A stretch of DNA of 43,780 nt from a bacterium (GCA_038145135.1 JAYQPD010000005.1:1-43780), one strand, 5' to 3'; positions 19,439 through 27,505 are shown, numbered from the stretch's first letter. A program made the numbers and translations. The notes: generated from the letters alone by a model not told the origin.

Positions 19439-20800
19439 ATGAAAAAACATACCTATTCCCTAGGACTGTTTATTATTGGCTTCATTATTACACTAATAGC
19501 AGTGGTGCTGTATACCACTCCTGTTGCGCGGGCAGTTAACTACGATGGCGGAAAGACCTCAGCTGATTATTCAAAAGAAACATCCTGGAAAGATAGTTCT
19601 GGGGGCGTACATACTGGTAACTATGGTTCAGGCGATCCAAATCCAAGTAGAGAAGGGGGAGGTAACTTCACAGGTTACGGTGGACTTACCAGCTACGCGG
19701 GCCACAGCTATACCAACACGAGCACATTGTCCTCAACAGAGGTACTCACCCGTCTCAAAGCACTTCTTGAACAGCTGAATGCTCTCAAGGCACAGCTCGC
19801 AGCGCTTAAGGCTAAAGTAGGAGGTGGCGACACAAACCCTAGTACCAATGATCCTGGAACTCGGAATGATGGTACACATGATGGAGCGAACTGTCGTGCA
19901 CTGTTGAATCTCGGCAATTTCCACAAGGGTATGTCAGGAAGTGGTGTGAGAACTATCCAGAAGTTCCTTGTCGAAGAGGGTGAGATGACCTCAGACAATG
20001 CGACAGGGTACTTTGGCATACTGACGGAACAGGCACTCCAAAGATGGCAAAGTAATCACGGCGTGGTCGCTTCTGGTACTGCTTCGACGACCGGGTATGG
20101 CGTCTTTGGTGCACGTACACGCTCTGCAATGGCACGCTTCTGTGAGAATCATGACGGGGATCAGGTCTCTACATTCCGCCTCTCACCATCGTTCGGCAAA
20201 GCACCACTTACCGTTGAGATCGCTGGAGTTCCAGCATCAGTATTAAAGAAGATCAATGAGTGTAAATACAGCGTTGGTTTCAACGGCGCAAGTGGCAATG
20301 GTCTTACGATCGACTGGGGAGATGGACATGAGTCGCCTGACCCAGCAACAGGTAGCAACCGGAACACCTCCTGTGTGAACGATGTGAAGAAGCACAAGTA
20401 CACGAAGCCAGGTGTCTATTCAGTAAAGATTCACAGCTGGCACCCTGGCCCAACTGATGCACCGGTGACCGATTGGAGGGGTACTGCACGGGTGACTGTT
20501 ATTGCTGACGAAGATGAGGACATCACCGAGAACGATGGTCAGAAGGTGTCAAACAACACCCCTGCCGCGATCAAGGCGCGCACAGCGCTCGCAAAGAAGC
20601 TCGACGTCTTTACGACCACCATCTCGATCGATGAGGTACGCCGCCGTGAATGGCCAAACAGCTGTCTTGGACTCGAAGAAGATAACGAATCATGCACACT
20701 GGAGACTGTCGATGGCTATCGCGTCACGATGACCAAGGCATCGACCACCTACTATGCACGCACCGACCACACTGGCTCAGATGTACAGTTTGAGGAATAG
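19439..20800 (+). CDS. Secreted peptidoglycan-binding + PKD protein with extra C-terminal Cys-containing domain (paralog of 18307-19281)
   Basis: Shares TRLKALL, TIQxFLVEEGEMT, TTGYGVFG, SPSFGKAPL and WGDG. Extra C-terminal WPNSCLG..CT..VDGYRV. Confidence 0.85.
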   Translation: MKKHTYSLGLFIIGFIITLIAVVLYTTPVARAVNYDGGKTSADYSKETSWKDSSGGVHTGNYGSGDPNPSREGGGNFTGYGGLTSYAGHSYTNTSTLSSTEVLTRLKALLEQLNALKAQLAALKAKVGGGDTNPSTNDPGTRNDGTHDGANCRALLNLGNFHKGMSGSGVRTIQKFLVEEGEMTSDNATGYFGILTEQALQRWQSNHGVVASGTASTTGYGVFGARTRSAMARFCENHDGDQVSTFRLSPSFGKAPLTVEIAGVPASVLKKINECKYSVGFNGASGNGLTIDWGDGHESPDPATGSNRNTSCVNDVKKHKYTKPGVYSVKIHSWHPGPTDAPVTDWRGTARVTVIADEDEDITENDGQKVSNNTPAAIKARTALAKKLDVFTTTISIDEVRRREWPNSCLGLEEDNESCTLETVDGYRVTMTKASTTYYARTDHTGSDVQFEE

Positions 20801-20827
20801 TAGCCCACTAACAGTGAGAACAAGTGA

Positions 20828-20854
20828 AAAAAGGCCGCACATTGCGGCCTTTTT
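20828..20854. terminator. Bidirectional intrinsic terminator
   Basis: aaaaaggccgca-cat-tgcggccttttt. Confidence 0.85.
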
Positions 20855-20878
20855 GGCACAGGTGTACCCACAAAATTA

Positions 20879-20907
20879 TTGACAATATATATTGTATATG
20901 ATATAAT
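20879..20907 (+). promoter_or_regulatory. Consensus sigma70 promoter overlapped by a 14-bp palindrome
   Basis: TTGACA-N17-TATAAT with TGn extension. ACAATATATATTGT at 20882-20895. Confidence 0.8.
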
Positions 20908-20978
20908 GTAAAGGTTGTACCCTCGAGTTGAGGATACAAAGGTCTGTAGTGTAACTTTGACAACAGGGGAGATAAAGG

Positions 20979-21650
20979 ATGTCAAAGAAGAGTAAGTACT
21001 GGTGGGCTGGCCGTGTCATTCGTCGCTCACTTCAAGGCTTTTTGGCGGCGGCGCTCGTGCTCGGCATGGTCTACGGAGAGCGGTACCATCAGTTCAACAC
21101 CGAGGGGACCCTTGTCCAAGGACAGTCTCAGTTGACGGACTACCTTGATGAGTACGTTCAACTTGCATCGATCGCGCCGTCGGACGGACAGTTTGCCTCG
21201 CTCGCTAAGGGCTGGAAGGAGACTGTTCGGGGACGTATTGCGAATGGCTCCTGCGACGCGCTCGACCCAATTATCCGCGAGGAGGTGGGTGAGAGTACTG
21301 CCGAGCGTCTCGTCATCAAGGCACTCATTGCAGCCGAGAGCGGTTGTGATAACAGTGCCCGTGGCAAGAACGGCGACACGGGAGTCGGACAAGTACGTGC
21401 GGTTGCCTGCAAGGATGTGGGTGTTGAGGGGGATCCAAGCGATCTCCGCATCAACATCCGGTGCACTGTGCGGTACTTCCGCGCCGTCTGCACTCGATAC
21501 GGCCACTGTCCTCTTGCTGACCGGCTCGTCGCGTACAATCGTGGCGCGACCGGCTCACAGAAGGTGAGCAAGAAGGAGTCCGACAGGTACGTCCGCAGGT
21601 TCGGCTTCGCGCTTCGGCTCTTGAAGCAGCGCGAAGGCTACATCATCTAA
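20979..21650 (+). CDS. Lytic transglycosylase (SLT domain) with N-terminal membrane anchor
   Basis: ALIAAESG (catalytic Glu), GDTGVGQV, INIRCTVRYF and LVAYNRG. Confidence 0.85.
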   Translation: MSKKSKYWWAGRVIRRSLQGFLAAALVLGMVYGERYHQFNTEGTLVQGQSQLTDYLDEYVQLASIAPSDGQFASLAKGWKETVRGRIANGSCDALDPIIREEVGESTAERLVIKALIAAESGCDNSARGKNGDTGVGQVRAVACKDVGVEGDPSDLRINIRCTVRYFRAVCTRYGHCPLADRLVAYNRGATGSQKVSKKESDRYVRRFGFALRLLKQREGYII

Positions 21651-21657
21651 GTTCTTT

Positions 21658-21686
21658 AGGCCGGTTCCAATTTGGGAACCGGCCTT
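21658..21686 (+). terminator. Probable terminator hairpin
   Basis: aggccggttcc-aatttg-ggaaccggcct. Confidence 0.65.
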
Positions 21687-21738
21687 CATGTTTTTGATGC
21701 AGTCGTGTATAGTATCGCCGGAAAAGAAAGGGGATGAC

Positions 21739-21975
21739 ATGTCCAATCGGAAATATATTGGCTGGGGTGCTCCGCGGGAGCCATTTCAACCACACCCGCA
21801 TGGGACACTAGAGCAAGTGCAGTGCACTGTCTGTAACCAAATGGTGAGACTAGTGATCTCTGATGTGGAGGGAAACCGTACAAAGCGCAAAATTGCTGAC
21901 CACTACAGACCGCCACGTCATGGTGAAGTACGACAGGAACTCTGTCATGGTTCGTCCGCACCGGTTGCACAATGA
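21739..21975 (+). CDS. Small putative zinc-binding protein (CxxC...H...C)
   Basis: CTVC, IADH and LCHGS. Purine-rich AAAGGGGA upstream and a terminator at the stop. Confidence 0.6.
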   Translation: MSNRKYIGWGAPREPFQPHPHGTLEQVQCTVCNQMVRLVISDVEGNRTKRKIADHYRPPRHGEVRQELCHGSSAPVAQ

Positions 21976-21997
21976 GGCAAGTTTCTTGCCTCTTTTT
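21974..21997 (+). terminator. Intrinsic terminator
   Basis: gaggcaa-gtttc-ttgcctc-ttttt. Confidence 0.7.
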
Positions 21998-22035
21998 CTT
22001 TGTCCGCGTATTCTGTCTTGCACGGGCACGTGGCG

Positions 22036-22107
22036 ACCCCGCACTAAAAATCTCACTACGTGCCATATGTCGGTATTATTGGTCAAAATTGGATTTTAGT
22101 ACGGGGT
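22036..22107. repeat. MITE/REP-like palindromic insert with ~16-bp imperfect terminal inverted repeats
   Basis: accccgcactaaaaatc (22036-22052) versus gattttagtacggggt (22092-22107). Confidence 0.65.
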
Positions 22108-22162
22108 AAAAATTGGTAGATGAATAGTCTCGGAGACTATTCACGTCGTTCATTCTTACTGT

Positions 22163-22246
22163 GCCGAAGTGGCGAAATTGGTAGACGCGCTACGTTCAGG
22201 TCGTAGTCCTCGTAAGGGGATGGAGGTTCGAGTCCTCTCTTCGGCA
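22163..22246 (+). tRNA. tRNA-Leu(CAG), CCA not encoded
   Basis: gccgaag-tg-gcgaaattggtagacgc-g-ctacg-ttCAGgt-cgtag, long variable arm, ggaggttcgagtcctct-cttcggc-a. Confidence 0.97.
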
Positions 22247-22254
22247 CAGTAAGC

Positions 22255-22381
22255 GGGAACACTGCGTAAAAAGCGAAGCTTTTTATAGAGGACTCGAAAA
22301 GTCTGAGTATATCGCGCGACTGAAAGGAGCACGATACGAAGACTGTACCGAACTCGTAGAGTTTGAGTCTCCCCGTGCCCA
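22255..22381. mobile_element. Small structured element downstream of tRNA-Leu (putative non-autonomous element), copy 2; left boundary approximate
   Basis: taaaaagc-GAA-gcttttta, then agaggactcgaa (antisense to the tRNA T-arm), a 45-nt stem at 22300-22344, GTAC, cgaactc-GTA-gagtttg and cccgtgcc. Confidence 0.55.
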
Positions 22382-22484
22382 CAAAAAGCGCAGCGATCAT
22401 AGAGAAACTCACACTTATGACGTTGAGGATGTGCGCAACAGTCGGTATGCTGAAACTAGACCAAGCTACAAGTGAGGACGAACC

Positions 22485-22898
22485 ATGGTTCACACCATCA
22501 CTCGCTTCGCTCTTTCCGAAGCACAAAACCACCGATGTTGTTACTGTTCGTGCGAGATGACGCTCGAATGTGATGATGCCCCCACAATGGCAACGCGCGA
22601 ACATCTCATTCCACGAGTATTTAACGGACCGACAGAGTGGTGGAATCTCGTTGCTGCGTGTCATGAGTGCAACGCCACACGTGGTCATATGAATGCACTT
22701 GCGTTCTACTGGCTTCGTCTCACGATGAGTATTGCATCCATACGTGTGATACGGTACAACCTGCTTATTCTTGCCTACGAACGGTACGAGAAGAGAACGG
22801 TCGGGAAATCAGTAGTCGTATTCACGTTCTTACGAAGACTGTTCGGGCATACACCCGAAGTTCCCGCGGTGTCCCTCAAATGGACAGCTGGTCAATAG
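22485..22898 (+). CDS. HNH endonuclease
   Basis: CCYC...ATREHLIPR..NG....NLVAACHECNATRG. Confidence 0.88.
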   Translation: MVHTITRFALSEAQNHRCCYCSCEMTLECDDAPTMATREHLIPRVFNGPTEWWNLVAACHECNATRGHMNALAFYWLRLTMSIASIRVIRYNLLILAYERYEKRTVGKSVVVFTFLRRLFGHTPEVPAVSLKWTAGQ

Positions 22899-23499
22899 GC
22901 CAGCTTTTCTTTATGATGGCACGAGAAAGAGAGGTTCAGGATGACATTCAAAGAACGTTTTCTTGAGGCGAGAGACAAAGGTCTGCCGGCACAAGAGTCT
23001 TGGAAACGCCGCGCAGCTGTGTGGAAACACGATCAATCTCATCACAGTGAATTCGTAGGTGAAGAGATGATCATGTCTCTCACAACACCACTCGAACGGT
23101 TGACGCTGGAAGACTTTGAGTATGTGTTGTTGGCGGGAGCGCGAAGTGATGCCCTCTACATCTCACTCTACCTTCGGCATACATTGTCGCAGGATGATGC
23201 ACTCGAAGTTATGGTGCACTATCAAACGGCGTTCATTGAGCCACTTCATGAGACTGGATGCTACTGCTGTTTCAGCGCACCGTTCAGTGATGTAACTGGA
23301 TGCGGTAGTATGGGGATCATCCTATTCAGTGTCAGCGATATACCACCAGAGGAGCAGGCGCGTCGTTTGATATCTGTTGATGAAGTGTCTAGAAAGCTTG
23401 AATCACTCGGCTGTATGCAGATTGATGATGTCTCTCTTAAAATGCACTGATATCGAGAAATAGGTACGCTGGCCAATAGGCCAGCTTTTCTTTATGATG
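22887..23499 (+). repeat. 32-bp direct repeat (22887-22918 / 23468-23499) comprising a terminator hairpin plus TATGAT -10 box
   Basis: gctgg(t/c)caataggccagcttttctttatgatg, one mismatch. Flanks the 22941-23450 ORF. Confidence 0.92.
22941..23450 (+). CDS. Hypothetical protein (orphan cargo between direct repeats)
   Basis: 169-aa ORF with GAGAGG upstream. No recognised motif. Confidence 0.65.
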   Translation: MTFKERFLEARDKGLPAQESWKRRAAVWKHDQSHHSEFVGEEMIMSLTTPLERLTLEDFEYVLLAGARSDALYISLYLRHTLSQDDALEVMVHYQTAFIEPLHETGCYCCFSAPFSDVTGCGSMGIILFSVSDIPPEEQARRLISVDEVSRKLESLGCMQIDDVSLKMH

Positions 23500-23500
23500 A

Positions 23501-24853
23501 GTGGCACGTATGGATCTGAAACATGAGTTTGAGGGGAAGAACATCACTGTCCAGGGGTTGGGGGTTTTGGGGCGTGGCGTGGGCGATACCGAGTTCTTAG
23601 CGGAGATGGGAGCCAAGCTCACGGTGACCGACCTTAAAGGCGAGGCGGAGCTCGCGGAGTCCCTCAATCAGCTCGCGATGTTCCCGAACATCCACTATGT
23701 GCTCGGTGAGCATAGAATGGAAGATTTTGAGAATAAGGACCTGATACTGAAAGCTGCAGGCGTACCGTATGATTCACCCTACATACTCCACGCAAAAGAA
23801 GCGGGGGTGCCCGTTACGATGAGTGCTGCGTGGTTCGCGAAGCTCTCAGGCACGCCCATGGTCGGGGTGACGGGTACGCGGGGGAAGTCAACGGTGACCC
23901 ACATGATCCATCACGTACTTCAGGAGAGTACCGAGGAGGGTGGAGACGGCGGCGTGCTCCTTGGTGGCAATGTACGAGGGGTATCAAACCTCGCGCTCTT
24001 GCGCGATGTGGGGGAGGATTCGCTCGCTGTCTTCGAGCTTGATTCGTGGCAGCTCCAAGGGTTTCGTGAAGAGGGTATCTCACCGCAGATAGCGGTATTC
24101 ACCAGCTTCATGCCAGACCACATGAACTACTACCATAATGACATGGAAGCATACTTCGCCGATAAAGCAGAGATATTTCTGCATCAAGATGGTGGGTGTG
24201 CGTTTGTGACCACCCGTGAGGTGTTTGAGTATGCGACCGGGTTTGCAAAGCGGCATGGGCTTACCCTTGGTGGCGAGGTGATACTCACCGATCCTTCGAC
24301 CCTTCCGGAGAGTCTCCCGCTCTCGATGCCGGGGAAGCATAATCGTATGAATGCTGCACTTGCGACCGAAGCACTCCGCGCACTTTCACTCTCTGATGAA
24401 CAGATCTTCACTGGCCTCACGACATTTCGTGGTGTTCCGGGGCGACTTGAATTTATGGGTGAGCGAAAAGGAGTGAAGATCTGGAACGACAACAACGCAA
24501 CCACCCCGGAGGCGACGGTAGAAGGTTTGCGCGCGGTCGCTGACGGTCGGAATGTGGTCTTGATCATGGGCGGTTCAGATAAAGGGCTTGATATGAACCC
24601 GCTCATTCGCGAAATAGGAAAGACCGCGAAAGAGGTGGTCTTGCTTCCCGGGACAGGGAGCGAGGCGTTTCGTGCCCACCTCCCGAGCGTGATCTCGGTA
24701 CAAGATCTGACCGAGGCACTTGATCGTGCGGTAGAACTCACTGAGAATGGTGACACGATCCTCTTCTCGCCCGCCTTCGCATCATTTGGGCAATTTACAA
24801 ATGAGTACGACCGAAATGATCAGTTTGTTGCGGTGGTGCGGGCGCTTCCCTAA
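23501..24853 (+). CDS. murD: UDP-N-acetylmuramoyl-L-alanine--D-glutamate ligase (start GTG 23501 or ATG 23510)
   Basis: VGVTGTRGKST, LGGN, FELDSWQL, DHMNYY, NDNNATTPEAT, GGSDKG and SPAFASFGQF. Confidence 0.95.
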   Translation: MARMDLKHEFEGKNITVQGLGVLGRGVGDTEFLAEMGAKLTVTDLKGEAELAESLNQLAMFPNIHYVLGEHRMEDFENKDLILKAAGVPYDSPYILHAKEAGVPVTMSAAWFAKLSGTPMVGVTGTRGKSTVTHMIHHVLQESTEEGGDGGVLLGGNVRGVSNLALLRDVGEDSLAVFELDSWQLQGFREEGISPQIAVFTSFMPDHMNYYHNDMEAYFADKAEIFLHQDGGCAFVTTREVFEYATGFAKRHGLTLGGEVILTDPSTLPESLPLSMPGKHNRMNAALATEALRALSLSDEQIFTGLTTFRGVPGRLEFMGERKGVKIWNDNNATTPEATVEGLRAVADGRNVVLIMGGSDKGLDMNPLIREIGKTAKEVVLLPGTGSEAFRAHLPSVISVQDLTEALDRAVELTENGDTILFSPAFASFGQFTNEYDRNDQFVAVVRALP

Positions 24854-24871
24854 CACTACTCACAGATTTTC

Positions 24872-25633
24872 ATGATCGGTATCTTTGATTCGGGTATGGG
24901 CGGACTCTCGGTTGCGGTGAAGGTCCGTGAGACCTTTCCGTCTGCTGATATTGTGTATTTTGGCGATACGAAGAACGCACCCTACGGTGAGCGACCGCCA
25001 CATGAACTTGCTGAACTCACGGTAAAAGGGCTTCGTTTCCTTACTACACATGGAGCTACGTCGATCGTGAGTGCGTGTAACAGTGTTTCGACAACGCTTG
25101 CCGTATCGCTTGTGGATACGTTTGATCTCCCTCCAGGATCGGTCATAGAGATGGTGGGCCCTACGGTCGCACAGTTTCGGCGTTTTGAGGGTGAGATTCT
25201 TCTTGTGGCGACAACTGCAACGGTGCGCTCAGGTATTTACCAAAATGCTTTTCGTATGATCGGAAAAGAGATCGATGCGCTCCCGGTCCCCCAGCTCGCA
25301 GGCGCTATTGAACGTGGAGCAAGTGAAGATGAGCTCGATGGTATCGTACGGGGTGCACTCGCTGGTATGCCGGAAGGAAAATATCAGGCGGTCATTCTCG
25401 GGTGTACGCACTACCCGTTTGCGCTTGGCTCTTTTCGCAAAGTGATCGGAGATGACGTGTTGCTTGTTGATCCCGCTGAGGCAGTTGCAGACCGTGTACT
25501 CGCGCGTTTTTGGCCACGAGAGGTCGGAGAGGGAACGTTTCGGTGTTTTATTAGTGGTGAGTCTGCACCCTTTAGGGCAAAAGTGAGGCTACTGTTTCCG
25601 GAGGTGCAGGATGCCGTGACTCTGGTAGAGTAA
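24872..25633 (+). CDS. murI: Glutamate racemase
   Basis: IGIFDSGMGGLSV, YFGDTKNAPYG, ACNS and ILGCTHYP. Confidence 0.96.
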   Translation: MIGIFDSGMGGLSVAVKVRETFPSADIVYFGDTKNAPYGERPPHELAELTVKGLRFLTTHGATSIVSACNSVSTTLAVSLVDTFDLPPGSVIEMVGPTVAQFRRFEGEILLVATTATVRSGIYQNAFRMIGKEIDALPVPQLAGAIERGASEDELDGIVRGALAGMPEGKYQAVILGCTHYPFALGSFRKVIGDDVLLVDPAEAVADRVLARFWPREVGEGTFRCFISGESAPFRAKVRLLFPEVQDAVTLVE

Positions 25634-25638
25634 TAGGC

Positions 25639-26940
25639 ATGGTAGATATGAAGCAGGATCTGAGCACGGTCTCCCGGGTCCATATGATCGGTATTGGCGG
25701 TATTGGTATGTCGGCGCTCGCGCGCCTCTTTCTGCATGAGGGCAAAGAGGTGAGTGGATCGGACCGAGCGGCTAGTGTTGTAACGAAAGGTCTCGAAGAT
25801 ATCGGTATTCGTGTGGTATACGAGCAGACGTCACTCAATATTCTGAAAGATACTGATCTGGTCGTCTATACCGCAGCTATGCCTAAGGAACATCCCGAGC
25901 TCGTTCGAGCACAAGAACTCGGTATACCCACGCTTACCTACTTTGAAGCACTCGGCATTTGTGTGAATCCCTACTACCTGATCGCGGTCGCGGGAACGCA
26001 CGGGAAGACGACCACCACCGCGATGCTGACCGACGTATTTGAAGCGAGCGGGCTCGACCCCACCGCGGTCATTGGGTCGCTTCGTGCCACGACGAGGAGT
26101 AACTTCAGGGCAGGGAAGACCAAGTACGCCATTGTGGAGGCGTGTGAATTTGGGCGACACTTCCTTTCGCTTCGTCCGACCGTTCTTGTCATTACCAACA
26201 TTGAGGCAGAGCATCTCGACTACTACCATGACCTCGCAGATGTTGAACGTGCGTTTCATGAACTCGCACTTCTGGTTGCGGAAGATGGATATATCGTTGC
26301 TGATATGTCGTCCCCGAGCGTCCGAAGAGCGCTCGCTGGTGTGGACCGCAAGATGGTTGACTACCGTCCGTTCCTCGATCTCACCTCGCCAATGAAGGCG
26401 ATTGGTATCCATAATCGTATGAATGCGGCAGCAGCGCGCGCTGTGGCACGTGAAGAAGGACTCTCTGATGAGGTGATAGTGAGAGCACTCGGTGATTTTG
26501 CGGGCACTTGGCGCCGCTTTGAGTACAAAGGGAAGGCAGAGAGTGGCGCTGAGGTGTACGACGACTATGCACACCACCCGACCGAGATCCGCGCGACCTT
26601 AACTGCGGCACGTGAACACTATACAGACAAAAAGATCATTGTTGCGTTTCATCCGCATCTGTACTCACGCACCAAACTACTCTTCAACGATTTTGTTGAC
26701 GCGTTCTTGTCTGCCGATGAGGTCATTCTCGCACCGATCTTTGCTGCACGAGAGGAGAATGATGGCAGTGTGAGTAGTGAGATGCTTGCCGAAGCGATCA
26801 GAAAGACCGGCAAACACGCGATCGCGCTTAAAGATCTTCACAGTATCACCGAGATGCTCAAAGAGCGTTCAGATCAAGACACGATCATCGTCACCATGGG
26901 TGCTGGCGATATCTACAAGGTCGCGGATTCACTGGTCTGA
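25639..26940 (+). CDS. murC: UDP-N-acetylmuramate--L-alanine ligase
   Basis: IGIGGIGMSALA, AGTHGKTTTT, EHLDYY, DDYAHHPTEI, HPHLYSRT and MGAGDI. Confidence 0.96.
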   Translation: MVDMKQDLSTVSRVHMIGIGGIGMSALARLFLHEGKEVSGSDRAASVVTKGLEDIGIRVVYEQTSLNILKDTDLVVYTAAMPKEHPELVRAQELGIPTLTYFEALGICVNPYYLIAVAGTHGKTTTTAMLTDVFEASGLDPTAVIGSLRATTRSNFRAGKTKYAIVEACEFGRHFLSLRPTVLVITNIEAEHLDYYHDLADVERAFHELALLVAEDGYIVADMSSPSVRRALAGVDRKMVDYRPFLDLTSPMKAIGIHNRMNAAAARAVAREEGLSDEVIVRALGDFAGTWRRFEYKGKAESGAEVYDDYAHHPTEIRATLTAAREHYTDKKIIVAFHPHLYSRTKLLFNDFVDAFLSADEVILAPIFAAREENDGSVSSEMLAEAIRKTGKHAIALKDLHSITEMLKERSDQDTIIVTMGAGDIYKVADSLV

Positions 26941-26985
26941 TATTGACAATGGACGTTTGTGTCCTAAAATTAACGGCGGACCTGT

Positions 26986-27017
26986 TCGAAGCCCCACGCA
27001 CTTGCGTGGGGCTTCGA
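26986..27017. repeat. Perfect inverted repeat (REP-like or terminator)
   Basis: tcgaagccccacgca-ct-tgcgtggggcttcga. Confidence 0.75.
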
Positions 27018-27063
27018 TGTTATATCTCTTTGCATCTGACGGCGAGAGTGGTAGCGTGTGTGT

Positions 27064-27483
27064 ATGAAATTTTTACACACCATGATCCGCGTCTCGGCAC
27101 TCGAGGAATCGGTCAGGTTCTTTGTCGATACACTAGGATTTGTTGAACAACGCCGCCACGAGAATGAAAAAGGGAGGTACACTCTCGTTTTTGTAGCTGC
27201 TCCGGAAAGTCCCGAGGCGCCGGTCGAGCTCACCTATAACTGGGATCCAGAGGAATATACCGGCGGTCGCAACTTTGGCCATATCGCGCTTGAAGTAGAA
27301 AATATCTATGTTTTTTGCACCAAACTTATGGAGCGCGGTATCACGATCAATCGCCCGCCACGCGACGGACGTATGGCGTTCATTAGAACCCCCGACAACA
27401 TTTCAATTGAACTCCTCCAAAAAGGGGACGCACTACCGCTACAAGAGCCATGGCAGAGTATGGGGAACGTGGGAACGTGGTAG
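27064..27483 (+). CDS. gloA: Lactoylglutathione lyase (glyoxalase I, VOC family)
   Basis: [23 protein letters not shown] and [15 protein letters not shown]. Confidence 0.92.
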   Translation: MKFLHTMIRVSALEESVRFFVDTLGFVEQRRHENEKGRYTLVFVAAPESPEAPVELTYNWDPEEYTGGRNFGHIALEVENIYVFCTKLMERGITINRPPRDGRMAFIRTPDNISIELLQKGDALPLQEPWQSMGNVGTW

Positions 27484-27505
27484 TGATCTGAGGTTCTGCC
27501 ACAGA

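Larger units (their letters stand above)
22024..22381 (+). pseudogene. Putative relic tRNA (Leu-like D arm) whose halves enclose tRNA-Leu(CAG)
   Basis: 5' side: GGGCACG-TGGCG[74-bp insert]AAATTGGTAGA. 3' side: TTTGAGT-CTCCC-CGTGCCC-A. The acceptor strands are complementary. Confidence 0.5.

Noticed and set aside
22123-22140. Functional tRNA-Pro(CGG) suggested by ATAGT-CTCGGAG-ACTAT
   Set aside because: The D arm is interrupted and Leu-like, there is no contiguous T arm, and the hairpin extends into a longer palindrome. Kept only as part of the relic-tRNA hypothesis.
22137-22688. 183-aa minus-strand ORF across tRNA-Leu and the HNH gene
   Set aside because: Antisense to a tRNA and to a motif-supported CDS.
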